From Clostridiales bacterium (GTDB lineage: Bacteria > Bacillota > Clostridia > Peptostreptococcales > Acidaminobacteraceae), in contig JAEIOD010000010.1 in NCBI GenBank assembly GCA_016342415.1, forward strand, positions 87,351 to 151,350: DNA of 64,000 bases. Direction: 5' to 3'. The notes beneath the pieces are model-generated. The model did not search any database. It saw only the letters and a program-made list of their open reading frames with translations, and was not told the origin of the DNA. The position numbers and the translations under genes were made by a program. Positions 39,473 to 50,312 of this stretch are shown piece by piece. Position 1 is the stretch's first letter; each line of letters opens with the position of its first letter.

Positions 39473-41080
39473 TTATTGGAAATTACTAAGCTCTCTACAT
39501 GTACACGACTTTATTTCTACCATCTTTTTTTGCGTCATAAACCGTTGATCAGCGGTATTTACGAGTTTTTCCAAACTTACTTTATCATGTGTTGTCGCCA
39601 AACCAAAACTCATGGTAACCGAAATCTCATTTCCCTCAAATGTCATGATAGTTTTTTCTAAAATCATACGTAGATTTTCTGCTGCTACCACAGCATGCTC
39701 TATTGTCGTGCTTCTCATAAGAATTAAAAATTCCTCTCCTCCCCATCGACAAATAAGATCACTTTCTCTTGTATTGTTCATCATACATTTTGATATTTCT
39801 TTCAACACAAAATCACCACAATTATGTCCATAAACATCATTGACACGTTTAAAATGGTCAATATCACATAAGATAACTGTAAGTGGAAAATCATGATGAT
39901 TCTTCTTCGTGTTTAGCTTATCATAAATTTTCATCATTGATCTTCGGTTATGCAGTTCTGTTAAAGTATCTCTTTCTGAATGCTTACGTAGATATGATTT
40001 GACTATTCTTTCACTATAGCGGTAATAATTAAGTAAGAAAACGAGAAGTATTACGATTACTATTACAGAGATAGATAAGGTTCTAGATATCAGATATCCT
40101 TGTAAGAAGTCCTTTTCAGGAACTACAATTCCAATTTTCCAAAAATCATTTTTAATGGTTTCCAAATCAGTGAATATAGTATAATACCATTTTCCATTAA
40201 CTTTAAATCTATACAGCTGTTTTATTGGTTTCTTAGCGTATTGAAATGTTTCCATAATGACTTCTTCATCAACAATGTTAACCTTAGTAGATCTAATAAT
40301 CTCATCGGAATTGATTAAATCATTGGTAGTTGTAAAAGCAACTATACTACTTTTATTATTTATAATAATCGCCTCACCATTGTCACTAATTTCAAGATTT
40401 TTTATGTAATCTGAAATGCCTTTCAGTTTAAAATCAAAACTAAAAGCACCAACGACTTCATTATCGATAATAATTGGCGTACCTACAGTAATACCCAAAT
40501 CCTGGTCAGTAAATAAAGTATAGACTGGCGTCCAAAAAATATCTTTTTTTGCCTTTGCTCCAACATACCATGGTCTGTTTCTAGGATCATATTCGTCTAA
40601 TGGTGAACTCGTTTCTTCAATTATCTCAAAATCATGATTATAATGCTTCCAAGTTATGTATGGAACCGATGAATCACGATAAATGGTTTTAACCGACAGC
40701 GTTTCATCTTCATTTTTCTTCAGCATGAAGAAATTTCCATTCTCATATCCAATGTTAAGTGCCCTAATCGATGCATAACGATTTAATATTTGTACACCTA
40801 ATTTTTCAAGTGTTTCATAATCTTTAATTTCATTTTGGTATGCATTTAAATAATCTTCAAAAAACATGTTGGCATTTACAACAGGATACAGGTAGACTTC
40901 AATTTTATTGTTCACAGAACTAGATGTTTTAAATAAAAACTCTTCCGCTAAACTCTTGGAAGTATCAAAAATGATCTTCAACCCATATATAGATGTGATG
41001 ATTACAATCAACAACATCAGCAATATGCTTGGTAAAAAAAACTTGTCCCTTGCTTGTTCAATATTCATAATAACCTCCAT
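39473..41080 (-). CDS. sensor diguanylate cyclase (TM-dCache_1-TM-GGDEF)
   Basis: N-terminal TM, ~280-aa extracytoplasmic Cache-like domain, second TM, then GGDEF with RWGGEEF. Confidence 0.8.
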   Translation of the reverse strand: MEVIMNIEQARDKFFLPSILLMLLIVIITSIYGLKIIFDTSKSLAEEFLFKTSSSVNNKIEVYLYPVVNANMFFEDYLNAYQNEIKDYETLEKLGVQILNRYASIRALNIGYENGNFFMLKKNEDETLSVKTIYRDSSVPYITWKHYNHDFEIIEETSSPLDEYDPRNRPWYVGAKAKKDIFWTPVYTLFTDQDLGITVGTPIIIDNEVVGAFSFDFKLKGISDYIKNLEISDNGEAIIINNKSSIVAFTTTNDLINSDEIIRSTKVNIVDEEVIMETFQYAKKPIKQLYRFKVNGKWYYTIFTDLETIKNDFWKIGIVVPEKDFLQGYLISRTLSISVIVIVILLVFLLNYYRYSERIVKSYLRKHSERDTLTELHNRRSMMKIYDKLNTKKNHHDFPLTVILCDIDHFKRVNDVYGHNCGDFVLKEISKCMMNNTRESDLICRWGGEEFLILMRSTTIEHAVVAAENLRMILEKTIMTFEGNEISVTMSFGLATTHDKVSLEKLVNTADQRFMTQKKMVEIKSCTCRELSNFQ

Positions 41081-41199
41081 CTCACTGCCTTCATCAGTGA
41101 CTCAAATAGGAATGAAAATGAGTTTAACGACGATAGTGGGTATATATATATCAAGTGAAGACAACTACAAAGCACGGTAAGGGGAGTTGTAGATTTCTT

Positions 41200-42700
41200 T
41201 TGATCAAAGCAGCATAATAACAGGTGTAAGAGTTATCTTTCAAGCACAAATGAGTGGTACTAGATACCGAACACTAATCCTTGTTTGAACAATTGTTTAA
41301 TGTGTGATAACTCAGTTAATGTCTTCGCTTACCTATGTAAGGAGGTCACCATGAAAGTTGTTTATCCTACTTGTTGTGGCATTGATGTACACAAGAGCTT
41401 TCTCGTTGCCACAGTAATCACTTCCGATAGCATTAAACCTAAATATTTTAAAAAGCGGTTTTCTACTTTTAACAATTCGCTCAAAAAATTAAAGGATTGG
41501 CTATTGGAATTTAACTGCCTCGATATCTGCATGGAATCTACAGGCAAGTATTGGATCCCCGTTTACAATATCCTAGAAGATACTTGCAACGTCACTATAG
41601 CCAATCCTAAATGGGTACGTGCCATTCAGGGTCAAAAAGACGACGTCAAAGACTCCAAGTGGATAGCTGAGCTATTCCGATTAGGACTTGTACCTGGTAG
41701 TTTTATACCCGAAAAACCGATTCGTATTCTAAGGGAATTCACTCGGTACAGATCTAAAATCACGAATTGCAACTGTAGCGAAAAAAATCGCTTCCAAAAT
41801 GCTTTTACCGTTTGTAATGTCGCACTTGATTCTGTTGTTTCCGATATGTTCGGTGTTTCTGCCAAAGCTATTACTAATTATCTCATTACGAGTGATACCT
41901 TCGATTCTGAAGTCTGCACTTCTCTTCTAAAAACATCTTTGAAAAAGAAAGCCGATATTGTACTCGATTCAATCCAAGGTTATTCTATGGAATCAGCTCA
42001 AAAAGACCGAATGCTACTTATTAGAAATCATCTCAATTACACCGAACAAATGCTTGAGATAATTGATTCGAAACTAGACGAATTAATTTTACCTTATGAA
42101 AATGCTATAAGCCTACTTTGCTCTATTCCAGGAGTGGGCAGACGTTCTGCCATAACGATTATCTCAGAAGTTGGGATTGATATGTCCTACTTTAGAAATT
42201 CAAAAAGATTATGTTCTTGGGCCGGATTAACTCCGAGTAACAACCAATCTGCTGGTAAAAAGAAGTCTGTTAAAGTCTCGCGTGCTGGTGTCTACCTCAA
42301 ACCAGCATTAGTCCAAGTGGCTCATGCTGCCGTGAGATCAAATCAGAATCCATATTATAAAATAAAATATAAACGAATTTCAAAACGTAGAGGTAAAAAA
42401 CGAGCAATTATAGCTATTGCAAGAATGTTACTTACCGCAATTTTTCACATGTTATTAACAGGTGAATTATTCAATCCATGTGATCTTTTTAAATTTGATA
42501 TGCCCGAAGAAATGCTTGAACGTCAAAAGAAAAAAGCAATTAACAATGCTATCAAATTATTGAACAGAGAAGGTCTCATTAATAATCTAGAAGCATTAGC
42601 TACTTAATAAGTAATTCTAAATCATTAAGGCTTATTTAAGTGCGCCTGAAATTGATTTTTTTGTATTGTTTTCACACTACTCTCCTTGTTAATTAAAATG
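41200..42700 (+). mobile_element. IS110-family insertion sequence (boundaries approximate; the family lacks clear terminal IRs)
   Basis: Contains a DEDD transposase gene. Flanked by a GGDEF gene start and an esterase remnant. Confidence 0.6.
41351..42607 (+). CDS. IS110-family transposase
   Basis: Likely start MKVVYPTCCGIDVHK with SD GGAGGTCA. The track ORF starts earlier at 41285. Typical IS110 N-terminal DEDD region and C-terminal domain. Confidence 0.8.
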   Translation: MKVVYPTCCGIDVHKSFLVATVITSDSIKPKYFKKRFSTFNNSLKKLKDWLLEFNCLDICMESTGKYWIPVYNILEDTCNVTIANPKWVRAIQGQKDDVKDSKWIAELFRLGLVPGSFIPEKPIRILREFTRYRSKITNCNCSEKNRFQNAFTVCNVALDSVVSDMFGVSAKAITNYLITSDTFDSEVCTSLLKTSLKKKADIVLDSIQGYSMESAQKDRMLLIRNHLNYTEQMLEIIDSKLDELILPYENAISLLCSIPGVGRRSAITIISEVGIDMSYFRNSKRLCSWAGLTPSNNQSAGKKKSVKVSRAGVYLKPALVQVAHAAVRSNQNPYYKIKYKRISKRRGKKRAIIAIARMLLTAIFHMLLTGELFNPCDLFKFDMPEEMLERQKKKAINNAIKLLNREGLINNLEALAT

Positions 42701-43015
42701 GTCAAGAGTTTTATATCCATCATATAACTGTATTTGAAGTCTTAATCCTACATTCAGTAATTACCCATTCAAGTTTGCTACAATCAGACAGACCTTAACA
42801 TGTGATATCAGAACATTTGTTACTCAAGATATTTTTGAGTCACCAATAGACAGGTGGATAACCAAAGCCATTTCAATCAACTGAGTATATTAATATGGTT
42901 ATCATGATTTTGTTTAAAATATCCACCTCACTCTTTCTTGTTTATATCTATAAGCTTGTAAATTAGCTGTCATTGGACATCATAACTCGTTACATCTCAT
43001 ATGATCATTCTCTTC

Positions 43016-43243
43016 TCATTTTTTATTTATTAAAACTTCTCTTAAACCTCTATTAAACGTTGCAGGTATAACCGACAAGTGTGTTTCATTATCAAAGATA
43101 TGAGTTGTTAAGTTTGATCCAGAATAGTTTTTCTCATTAAGTATTTTAGATAGGTCAACTACATTGTCCACCATTTTTGCAAACCCAGGTTCATCTATAG
43201 CTTCTAAAGCACCCGATGACATAAATACATTGGTATTCAACAT
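43016..43243 (-). pseudogene. C-terminal remnant of an alpha/beta-hydrolase (esterase-family) gene
   Basis: 75-aa ORF (..GALEAIDEPGFAKMVDNVV...THIFDNETHLSVIPATFNRGLREV) resembles the C-terminus of putative esterases. No N-terminal part between it and the next gene. Confidence 0.35.
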
Positions 43244-43411
43244 TTTTTTGATGACTATCCTGCTCCATTAAAGTATCATGTTATATTGCCCCAGTATTTT
43301 ATGACTTCTTAATTCATTGAATGATCTTCTATGTCATTATTTTTCTTCTAATTATATCTTCACAAAAAAGACCCAACAAGATTAATCATCTTATTGGATC
43401 TCTTATTGTAC

Positions 43412-46400
43412 TTATTTATTACCGAGTATATCTTTGATCATACCTAGGTTATCTGTAATATCACTTAGAACCACAACCGCCTTACCCATTGCATCATCAC
43501 CTTTAGTCAGCTTGTTCTTATTGTATAAACGTTTGATTTCATCAAATCTCTCTGACTCTTTCTGGCTCATGCAACCAACAAGTTCTTTCCACTTTAGAAT
43601 ATTGGATTCAGCGCCATTTGTAAGTGTTTGGCAGTCATTTTCATAACTGGCAAGAATCTGTTCAAACAGCTCTTCTTCGTTCATAGCAGATACAACTCGT
43701 TCTGCTATTTTATTCATATTTCTGTAAGAACCTTGAAGCTTAAACGATGGTTCATTTCTATATTCATCAGATTGTGCTGCCGAATAGATATAGGCCATAT
43801 TCACCTTTAACACAATATCTCTTACTTTACTCAGCTTTTGAATGACTTGAGTATATTCATTCAACTCATCCGCTGTATAACTGCTTTCCAAAGTTATCGT
43901 TTGACGATCAACACCATTAGCCATTTGAACCAAACCATAAACATCTGATTGACTGCGATTTGTCAACTTGGAAAGCACTGGATTTGAAGTTAAACTGTTC
44001 TCAATATAACTTAACTTAAAGGCTTCTTCATTTTCACGTAACATGTCTCCTAAATTGTATACATCAGCTCTATTGGCAAGCATATCCGGAATTTTGAATT
44101 TCTCGCCACTTTCGGTATATGGATTACCAGCCATAACAACTGCAATCTTTTTACCTCTGAGATCATAAGTCTGTCCAACATTATTGTAGACACCTTCAAT
44201 CTTTCTTTGTCCATCACATAAGGAGATGAATTTCTGTAAGAATTCAGGATGGCAATGTTGAATATCATCAATGTACAACATGATATTATTACCCATTTTT
44301 AATGCCAGATTCAATTTTCTCAGTTCTTCTCTAGCACTTGAGTGAGTCGCCTTTTCAGGGTCAAGTGACGTGACTTCGTTACCAAGAGAAGGTCCATTGA
44401 CTTTAACCAGAATAAATCCAAGTCGACTGGCAATATACTCCATCAACGTTGTTTTACCATAACCAGGAGGTGAAACCAACAACAATAGACCCATTAAATC
44501 TGTACGTTTATCATCACCGACCACACCCATTTGTTTTGCAAGATTGTCTCCAACCAAAGGTAAGTAAACATCATCAATCAATTTATTTCTTACAAAAGAT
44601 GTGAGTACATTAGGTTTGAAATCATCCATACGTAATTCAGCTTTGAAACTCTTTATCAATTCTTTTTTGATTTGTTGGTACTGAAGATAGTCCTTAACCA
44701 CCGTCTCACTATACACCTTAAGTTTTTGCATAAACTTCGTATAGGCCAACAGATATGACCCCTCTTCTATAACGCCATGTGAGCCAACCAGTCCGTCTAC
44801 AGTCGTTTTGGTCGGAAGCGGTACCACACTATTCATATTCACATCATCTTCCAACAGAAGTACAACAACTTCATCTAACACCCCTGACAGTTCTTCTTCA
44901 CTTATATCAAGGTGTCGATTTTCGTTATTTAACTGATCCAACCAATAAGCAGAAACCCATTCTTTGACCAGATAATATTGACCCTCAAGGTCATCACGAC
45001 AGTTTTTCAATGATACCTCAAATGCATCCAAAGCTTTTTTATCTCTAATATAAGCCATAAATCCATCATAAACCTGTTTTGCTTCTAGACTGATGACAAA
45101 AGGTCCACCTTGCATTAGCTCCTTACAAAGATATTCTGAAGCTTCCAAAATATCACTAGCCTCATAAAACGGAAACTCATCATAAGCCTGTTCAAACTTT
45201 TCAGCAATGAAAGGTAGATAATTTTCTAAGCTTGGTACTGAATCAAAGAAAGATTCTACCTTTGCCAAGTGATTCAAACGCGAACTCAATAATTTTTTTG
45301 TTGATGTGTCCACCAATCTATTCCAGAACAACCTTGCCATCGAACGCACTTCACTTCTGTAAATCAGTAGATTTACATTATGATACAGTTCCAGCAACGA
45401 CCGTAAAATCTTAGTCGCATCATTATCATGAACACCTTTAGTATAACCTTCTTGATACCTTGTCTCCATATACGTTCTGACAATCTCTGAAAGTTGAGAT
45501 TCAGACATGTTATAAAGTGTCGTCAAGTCTTCAATATGTTCGTGTTGAGACGCTCTGAAGATCGAATATGCTAGATACTCTCCTCTATAGACATCTGCAT
45601 TTTCAGATACCAAACTCTGCTCGAAAACATGTTGGTAACTGTTTATGCCCTCATGTATAACTTTATCCCAAAAATCAGTACCCGTTATATGATAATAGAG
45701 TTGTTTATCCTTTTGTACAATTGACAGATCAATGGCTTTTCTATTGACAGAAAAATGATGATTACCTAACTTAATAACATCCTGACCATGTAGGTACAAC
45801 TCCTGTTTGTCTTTTAACTGACGGATTGTATTCTCTTTGAGAGATTTTAACTTTGAACTGATTTCATCCGCTTTAACACTATCTCCCAATGCTCTCAGCT
45901 CTGATATGATATCTCTGACTTTCTCTGCCATAATATCAGTCGCCAAATAACCATTGATCATATCAAGTGATTCAAGTGTCATCAAACGATTGGAAATACC
46001 ACTAATAATACGTTCTGACGAATCGAATAACGCCACCAGTCTTTTGTTTAACTTATCAAGAAGGGCTTGTTTTCTAGATTCAAAAGCACTATAGATTTCT
46101 TCTCTTTTTTCATCAAGTTTGACCAAATACTCATCAAACTCAGAAAACTTGCCTTCTAACTCCTGTAGTTGTACCATTACTTTATTCAAGTAGTTGTCGC
46201 ATTTTTTTTCAGAATCCGAGATTTCAAGGTAATTGACTACAGCCTGACTCAACAGTTTCATCTGTGCGTTAAACTGAATCGTCATCTCTTTTTTCGTAAA
46301 CGCTTCAACCTTTGTTCTTAGTTTCGCTTTGGCGTTGTTTAAAAAAGAAAACAGTTCAGAAATCTTTTCAATGATCTTAGTGGTCACTGTTGGATCTTCA

Positions 46401-48298
46401 ATTTTAAAATTACTGACGATGTCCATAAGCAATTCCAGATCAAATGAAGTTTTGTCCATCTTTTCAGCTAAGTCATGTCCTTCTCGAGACTTCGTTACAA
46501 ATTCAATATTTGATTGCAACTCATTTACGGCTTCTTCATAAGGCTTAAGACCATCAGGACTGATTAGAAATGTAACACATTGATTAGAGAATATTTCATT
46601 TTTATCTTTAATACTGTTATCAAGAGCATCAACCATTTCTGGATCTGTAAACATTAAATCACCAAGAGATACAATTTTCCCTCTTAGATTTCTAATTTCT
46701 CCAAGCACATCCACATATTCGTTAACCGAATCAAATGTTCCGTATTCCAGCTTTTTTAGAAGTTCTTCAGTTTCTTCACTGACTTCCTGTATTTGCTTCT
46801 GTGTTGCATTCTTAATTCTTGTAACTTTTTCGAACTCACCAATAGCAAATGTGGATGTTTCCTTGATTTCTTTTATTACTTCTGCAAGATTGAAAGCTTC
46901 TTCTTTATTCACCCAGAAATATGAATCCAATATGCCTTGTGTTTCTTTTACGATATCCATATAAACACTTTGATAACTATCGCCTTTTTGAATCAGTTTA
47001 CCGACAGCTCTACAAGCAGCAATACAGTCCACGATATCTTTGTTACCAATCTTGTATAAAGCAGACTCGTTGTTGCTTGCGCTCTCAAAGTCTTTCCCTA
47101 CATAAGGTGTTTGCCATACCTGCAACGAATGATTTTTTCTAGGTTCATCTTCATGTCTGAAAACAATCATCTCACCATTGTTGAAATGCGAATAACCACT
47201 ACATACAATAGGCACTTCAATGGTTTGTTCAATCACATTATACGAGTACATCAGATAGGTACCGCTATCCATATTATAAAAGATATATTGATAGTCTTCC
47301 CCATTTGACGAACTGTTCAACTCATCAAAAACTGACTGTTCTACTGGCACATCAAATATTTTATATTCACCATTTTGCAAATAATAACCTTGTGGAAAAA
47401 TCAAGCCATGACCATTCGGTAAAAGCATACATGTATCTTCAATGGAATCAATTCTAATAACGTTTTTCAACTTGTCATTGAAGACAAAATACCGATAAGC
47501 CTTTTCTTTATAAGGCAGTATTTTAAGTATGATCAACTGACCCAAATCAACATAATAAATCTCTGAATCATCAAGAGTTTGATCTTTATCTTCCACATCC
47601 TCAGAGTAGATACCTTTACCTACATCCGTATTATCTTCTATTTTTATTGTTAGATCGCCACCGACTGTTTCTACAAACACTTTATCCAAAATAGACACAT
47701 GCGGATGAAGACCCGATCGTTGTTGGTCCCTTGTAACTTTTTCAAATTTAAAATCATTTCCTAACTTAAACTTGACTTCATGTTCACTTCTGTTGTCCAC
47801 ATAAGTTAAACGCTTGCCTTCAATATGCCATTTGAACACTTTGATGTCCGTCGCACTTTTCCCGGTCTGAAAAACCATATAAAAGTATGGTTCAACGATC
47901 GTAAATTTAGCAAAGAAGGTATTCTTGTAGTACAGATAAAGATCATCAAAATCCTTTTTGAATTGATCATCATTGATCAGCTCAAGGGATTCTTTTACAA
48001 ATCCCTCTTCACCATATCTATAAATCGAAAAAACATCTTGTAATTCAACTCTATGCTTTAAACCAATATGAACATTGTATCCAAATATAAAACAATCATC
48101 CACTGGTGCCATATCACGAGGGATACAGTTATTTTCAGTAATAATTCGTTCACTTGATAACAACTTCGTTTCAATCGAACCAAAAACTTCTTTTCTAACA
48201 GTATTTAATTGTTCTGCTTTGGATTTTAAGTCGACGCCTTGTTTTTCCAGACGACTTTTAATCACATCATAAGTTCCTGTATCCATTTTATTCTCCAA
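43412..48298 (-). CDS. giant (about 1625 aa) coiled-coil protein with C-proximal MoxR/AAA_5-type AAA+ ATPase domain, co-operonic with flotillin
   Basis: Walker A LLLLVSPPGYGKTTL, Walker B IMLYIDDIQ, sensor AVVMAGNP...R. Long central heptad-rich region (residues ~600-900). N-terminal ~450 aa is beta-rich. Likely start ATG at 48286 (SD GGAG), overlapping the flotillin stop. Confidence 0.8.
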   Translation of the reverse strand: MENKMDTGTYDVIKSRLEKQGVDLKSKAEQLNTVRKEVFGSIETKLLSSERIITENNCIPRDMAPVDDCFIFGYNVHIGLKHRVELQDVFSIYRYGEEGFVKESLELINDDQFKKDFDDLYLYYKNTFFAKFTIVEPYFYMVFQTGKSATDIKVFKWHIEGKRLTYVDNRSEHEVKFKLGNDFKFEKVTRDQQRSGLHPHVSILDKVFVETVGGDLTIKIEDNTDVGKGIYSEDVEDKDQTLDDSEIYYVDLGQLIILKILPYKEKAYRYFVFNDKLKNVIRIDSIEDTCMLLPNGHGLIFPQGYYLQNGEYKIFDVPVEQSVFDELNSSSNGEDYQYIFYNMDSGTYLMYSYNVIEQTIEVPIVCSGYSHFNNGEMIVFRHEDEPRKNHSLQVWQTPYVGKDFESASNNESALYKIGNKDIVDCIAACRAVGKLIQKGDSYQSVYMDIVKETQGILDSYFWVNKEEAFNLAEVIKEIKETSTFAIGEFEKVTRIKNATQKQIQEVSEETEELLKKLEYGTFDSVNEYVDVLGEIRNLRGKIVSLGDLMFTDPEMVDALDNSIKDKNEIFSNQCVTFLISPDGLKPYEEAVNELQSNIEFVTKSREGHDLAEKMDKTSFDLELLMDIVSNFKIEDPTVTTKIIEKISELFSFLNNAKAKLRTKVEAFTKKEMTIQFNAQMKLLSQAVVNYLEISDSEKKCDNYLNKVMVQLQELEGKFSEFDEYLVKLDEKREEIYSAFESRKQALLDKLNKRLVALFDSSERIISGISNRLMTLESLDMINGYLATDIMAEKVRDIISELRALGDSVKADEISSKLKSLKENTIRQLKDKQELYLHGQDVIKLGNHHFSVNRKAIDLSIVQKDKQLYYHITGTDFWDKVIHEGINSYQHVFEQSLVSENADVYRGEYLAYSIFRASQHEHIEDLTTLYNMSESQLSEIVRTYMETRYQEGYTKGVHDNDATKILRSLLELYHNVNLLIYRSEVRSMARLFWNRLVDTSTKKLLSSRLNHLAKVESFFDSVPSLENYLPFIAEKFEQAYDEFPFYEASDILEASEYLCKELMQGGPFVISLEAKQVYDGFMAYIRDKKALDAFEVSLKNCRDDLEGQYYLVKEWVSAYWLDQLNNENRHLDISEEELSGVLDEVVVLLLEDDVNMNSVVPLPTKTTVDGLVGSHGVIEEGSYLLAYTKFMQKLKVYSETVVKDYLQYQQIKKELIKSFKAELRMDDFKPNVLTSFVRNKLIDDVYLPLVGDNLAKQMGVVGDDKRTDLMGLLLLVSPPGYGKTTLMEYIASRLGFILVKVNGPSLGNEVTSLDPEKATHSSAREELRKLNLALKMGNNIMLYIDDIQHCHPEFLQKFISLCDGQRKIEGVYNNVGQTYDLRGKKIAVVMAGNPYTESGEKFKIPDMLANRADVYNLGDMLRENEEAFKLSYIENSLTSNPVLSKLTNRSQSDVYGLVQMANGVDRQTITLESSYTADELNEYTQVIQKLSKVRDIVLKVNMAYIYSAAQSDEYRNEPSFKLQGSYRNMNKIAERVVSAMNEEELFEQILASYENDCQTLTNGAESNILKWKELVGCMSQKESERFDEIKRLYNKNKLTKGDDAMGKAVVVLSDITDNLGMIKDILGNK

Positions 48299-50312
48299 GG
48301 ACAGTATCTACAAGTTTTGCTGGTAAACCAGCTACGCCAGCTTTATTGACTGTATCCAGTAATTTTGATAACATCGCTTGATCACTACCACCAGCCGTAT
48401 GCATCATTTTACCAATTGCTCCTGCAATAGACAGGTTCTTTAAGTCTTCTGAAGACAGATTGAATCTACCAACCAAAGTCTTTAATTGTTGTTGGAAATA
48501 ATCTGCGTCTCCAGTAATCAAGGTTTCTTTTATGTCAGTTAGAACATCACTGTTGTCTACCAATCGATCAATGGATTTACCTTGAGCGATTGAACCAATA
48601 ATCTTATCAAAGAACATAGACTCACCACCAACGATATCGATTTTAGCCGATTTAAGAGCTTCACGGATAACAGTCGCCTGAGCTTCTGCAATGTCCTTTT
48701 GAATACTGATGTTAGCCAGTTCAATTTCTTTTTCTTTATCCAGCTTAAGCTTGAATTCTTCATGACCTCTTCCGACTTCATCCAGTAATTTCATGCTGTT
48801 TGCTTTTTCTTTAATACCTTCAGCTTCAGAAAGATATCTTCTCTTAAGATTCTCAGCTGTAACAATTCCGTCTTTTTCTTTAACTTCTACTTTTGCTGTT
48901 TCACCTTTTGCTTCTGCCATTGCCTTAGCTTCAATAACCTTAGATTCTGCAATACCTTCTACGGAACCTTCTAGTACTCTAGCATCTACAATCACTTTAA
49001 TCGCTTCAGCTTCTTTTTGAGACGCTTTTAGATTTGCATCCGCATCAATAATTGTCTTTTCTGCTTGTTTTTCTGCTGCTTGTTTTGCAGATTCAGCTGT
49101 TTGTACTTCAAGTATCAGTTTAGTTTCAGCATCTTGTTCAGCTTTTCTAAGTGCTACATTCTTTGTACGATTAGCATCTGCAAGTGCACGTGTATCTTTT
49201 ATTTTTTCTTCTTCCACAACCGTATCTTTTTCAACGGTAACTCTCTCTCTTATCACTGACTGAATAGCTTTCTTTTCTACTTCTATCAGCTTCTCTTTAT
49301 CGATAATAGCCAGTTCAACAAGTTTTTCTTTCTCAGTTCTTTCAAGTAGTCTCTTTCTATCAACTCGTTCTGTTTCAACAGCTTCAGTACTTTCTTTTGA
49401 TTTTGCAGCAATGATGATCTGTCTATCTTTATTCTCTTCTGCAATACCGATTTCTTCTTCTGTTTTAACTCTGGCAAGTTCTGATTTGTATTTTTCTTCT
49501 TGCGCTACTTTTTCAGCTTCAGCTATTTCTCTAGAATTGATAATAGAAATCTCTCTCTTTTGTTTCGCTTCGGCTTCTGCATTTTGCTTTTCAAGTTCTA
49601 AAATCGCTTCTCTTGCAGCCACGTCTTGTTTCTTAATAGTTTTTTCTTTTTCTCTTGCAATTTCATTGGCTAGAATACTTTGCTGTGCTGTCAACTCAGT
49701 AATCTTCTTAATACCTTCCGAATCTAAAATATTATCAGCATTTAATAGATTAATATCTGTTTGCTCAAGATAATCAATAGCAGCATCATCTAATACATAA
49801 CCGTTTAGATCCGTACCAATAATTTGAAGAATCTCACTCTTGAAGATATCTCTTTCAGTATATAACTGAACAAAATCAAATTTCTTACCGACCGTTTTAA
49901 GTGCTTCTGAGAACTTCGCATCAAAGAAAGCCATTAGAGTTTCAGTATCCGATGCTTTCTGACAGCCCAATAGTTGTGCAACTTTAAGAACATCTTCTGT
50001 TGTTTGATTCACTCTTACGAAGAATGCAACACGAATATCCGCTCTTAAGTTGTCTTTACAAATCAATCCGTCTTTACCTTCTCTGGCAATTTCAACACGT
50101 TTGATAGAAATATCCATTTCCTCATATCTATGAATAATTGGAACAACAAAGATACCGCCAAAACAAACCACTTGATTACCAACACCGTTTCTGATGATAA
50201 CTTTAGATTGCTCTACTTTGTGATAAAATTTTCCGAACAATGCCAATAAACCTATGGTGATGACTACTATTGCTCCCACTGTTACAAATGTTACTTGTGA
50301 TAAAAACCCCAT
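48288..50312 (-). CDS. flotillin / SPFH (band 7) family protein with extended Glu/Ala/Lys-rich coiled coil
   Basis: N-terminal TM, then SPFH domain (VIIRNGVGNQVVCFGGIFVVPIIHRYEEMDISIKRVEI...), EA-rich heptads (NAEAEAKQKREI...). 674 aa is longer than typical FloT. Confidence 0.85.
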   Translation of the reverse strand: MGFLSQVTFVTVGAIVVITIGLLALFGKFYHKVEQSKVIIRNGVGNQVVCFGGIFVVPIIHRYEEMDISIKRVEIAREGKDGLICKDNLRADIRVAFFVRVNQTTEDVLKVAQLLGCQKASDTETLMAFFDAKFSEALKTVGKKFDFVQLYTERDIFKSEILQIIGTDLNGYVLDDAAIDYLEQTDINLLNADNILDSEGIKKITELTAQQSILANEIAREKEKTIKKQDVAAREAILELEKQNAEAEAKQKREISIINSREIAEAEKVAQEEKYKSELARVKTEEEIGIAEENKDRQIIIAAKSKESTEAVETERVDRKRLLERTEKEKLVELAIIDKEKLIEVEKKAIQSVIRERVTVEKDTVVEEEKIKDTRALADANRTKNVALRKAEQDAETKLILEVQTAESAKQAAEKQAEKTIIDADANLKASQKEAEAIKVIVDARVLEGSVEGIAESKVIEAKAMAEAKGETAKVEVKEKDGIVTAENLKRRYLSEAEGIKEKANSMKLLDEVGRGHEEFKLKLDKEKEIELANISIQKDIAEAQATVIREALKSAKIDIVGGESMFFDKIIGSIAQGKSIDRLVDNSDVLTDIKETLITGDADYFQQQLKTLVGRFNLSSEDLKNLSIAGAIGKMMHTAGGSDQAMLSKLLDTVNKAGVAGLPAKLVDTVLGE

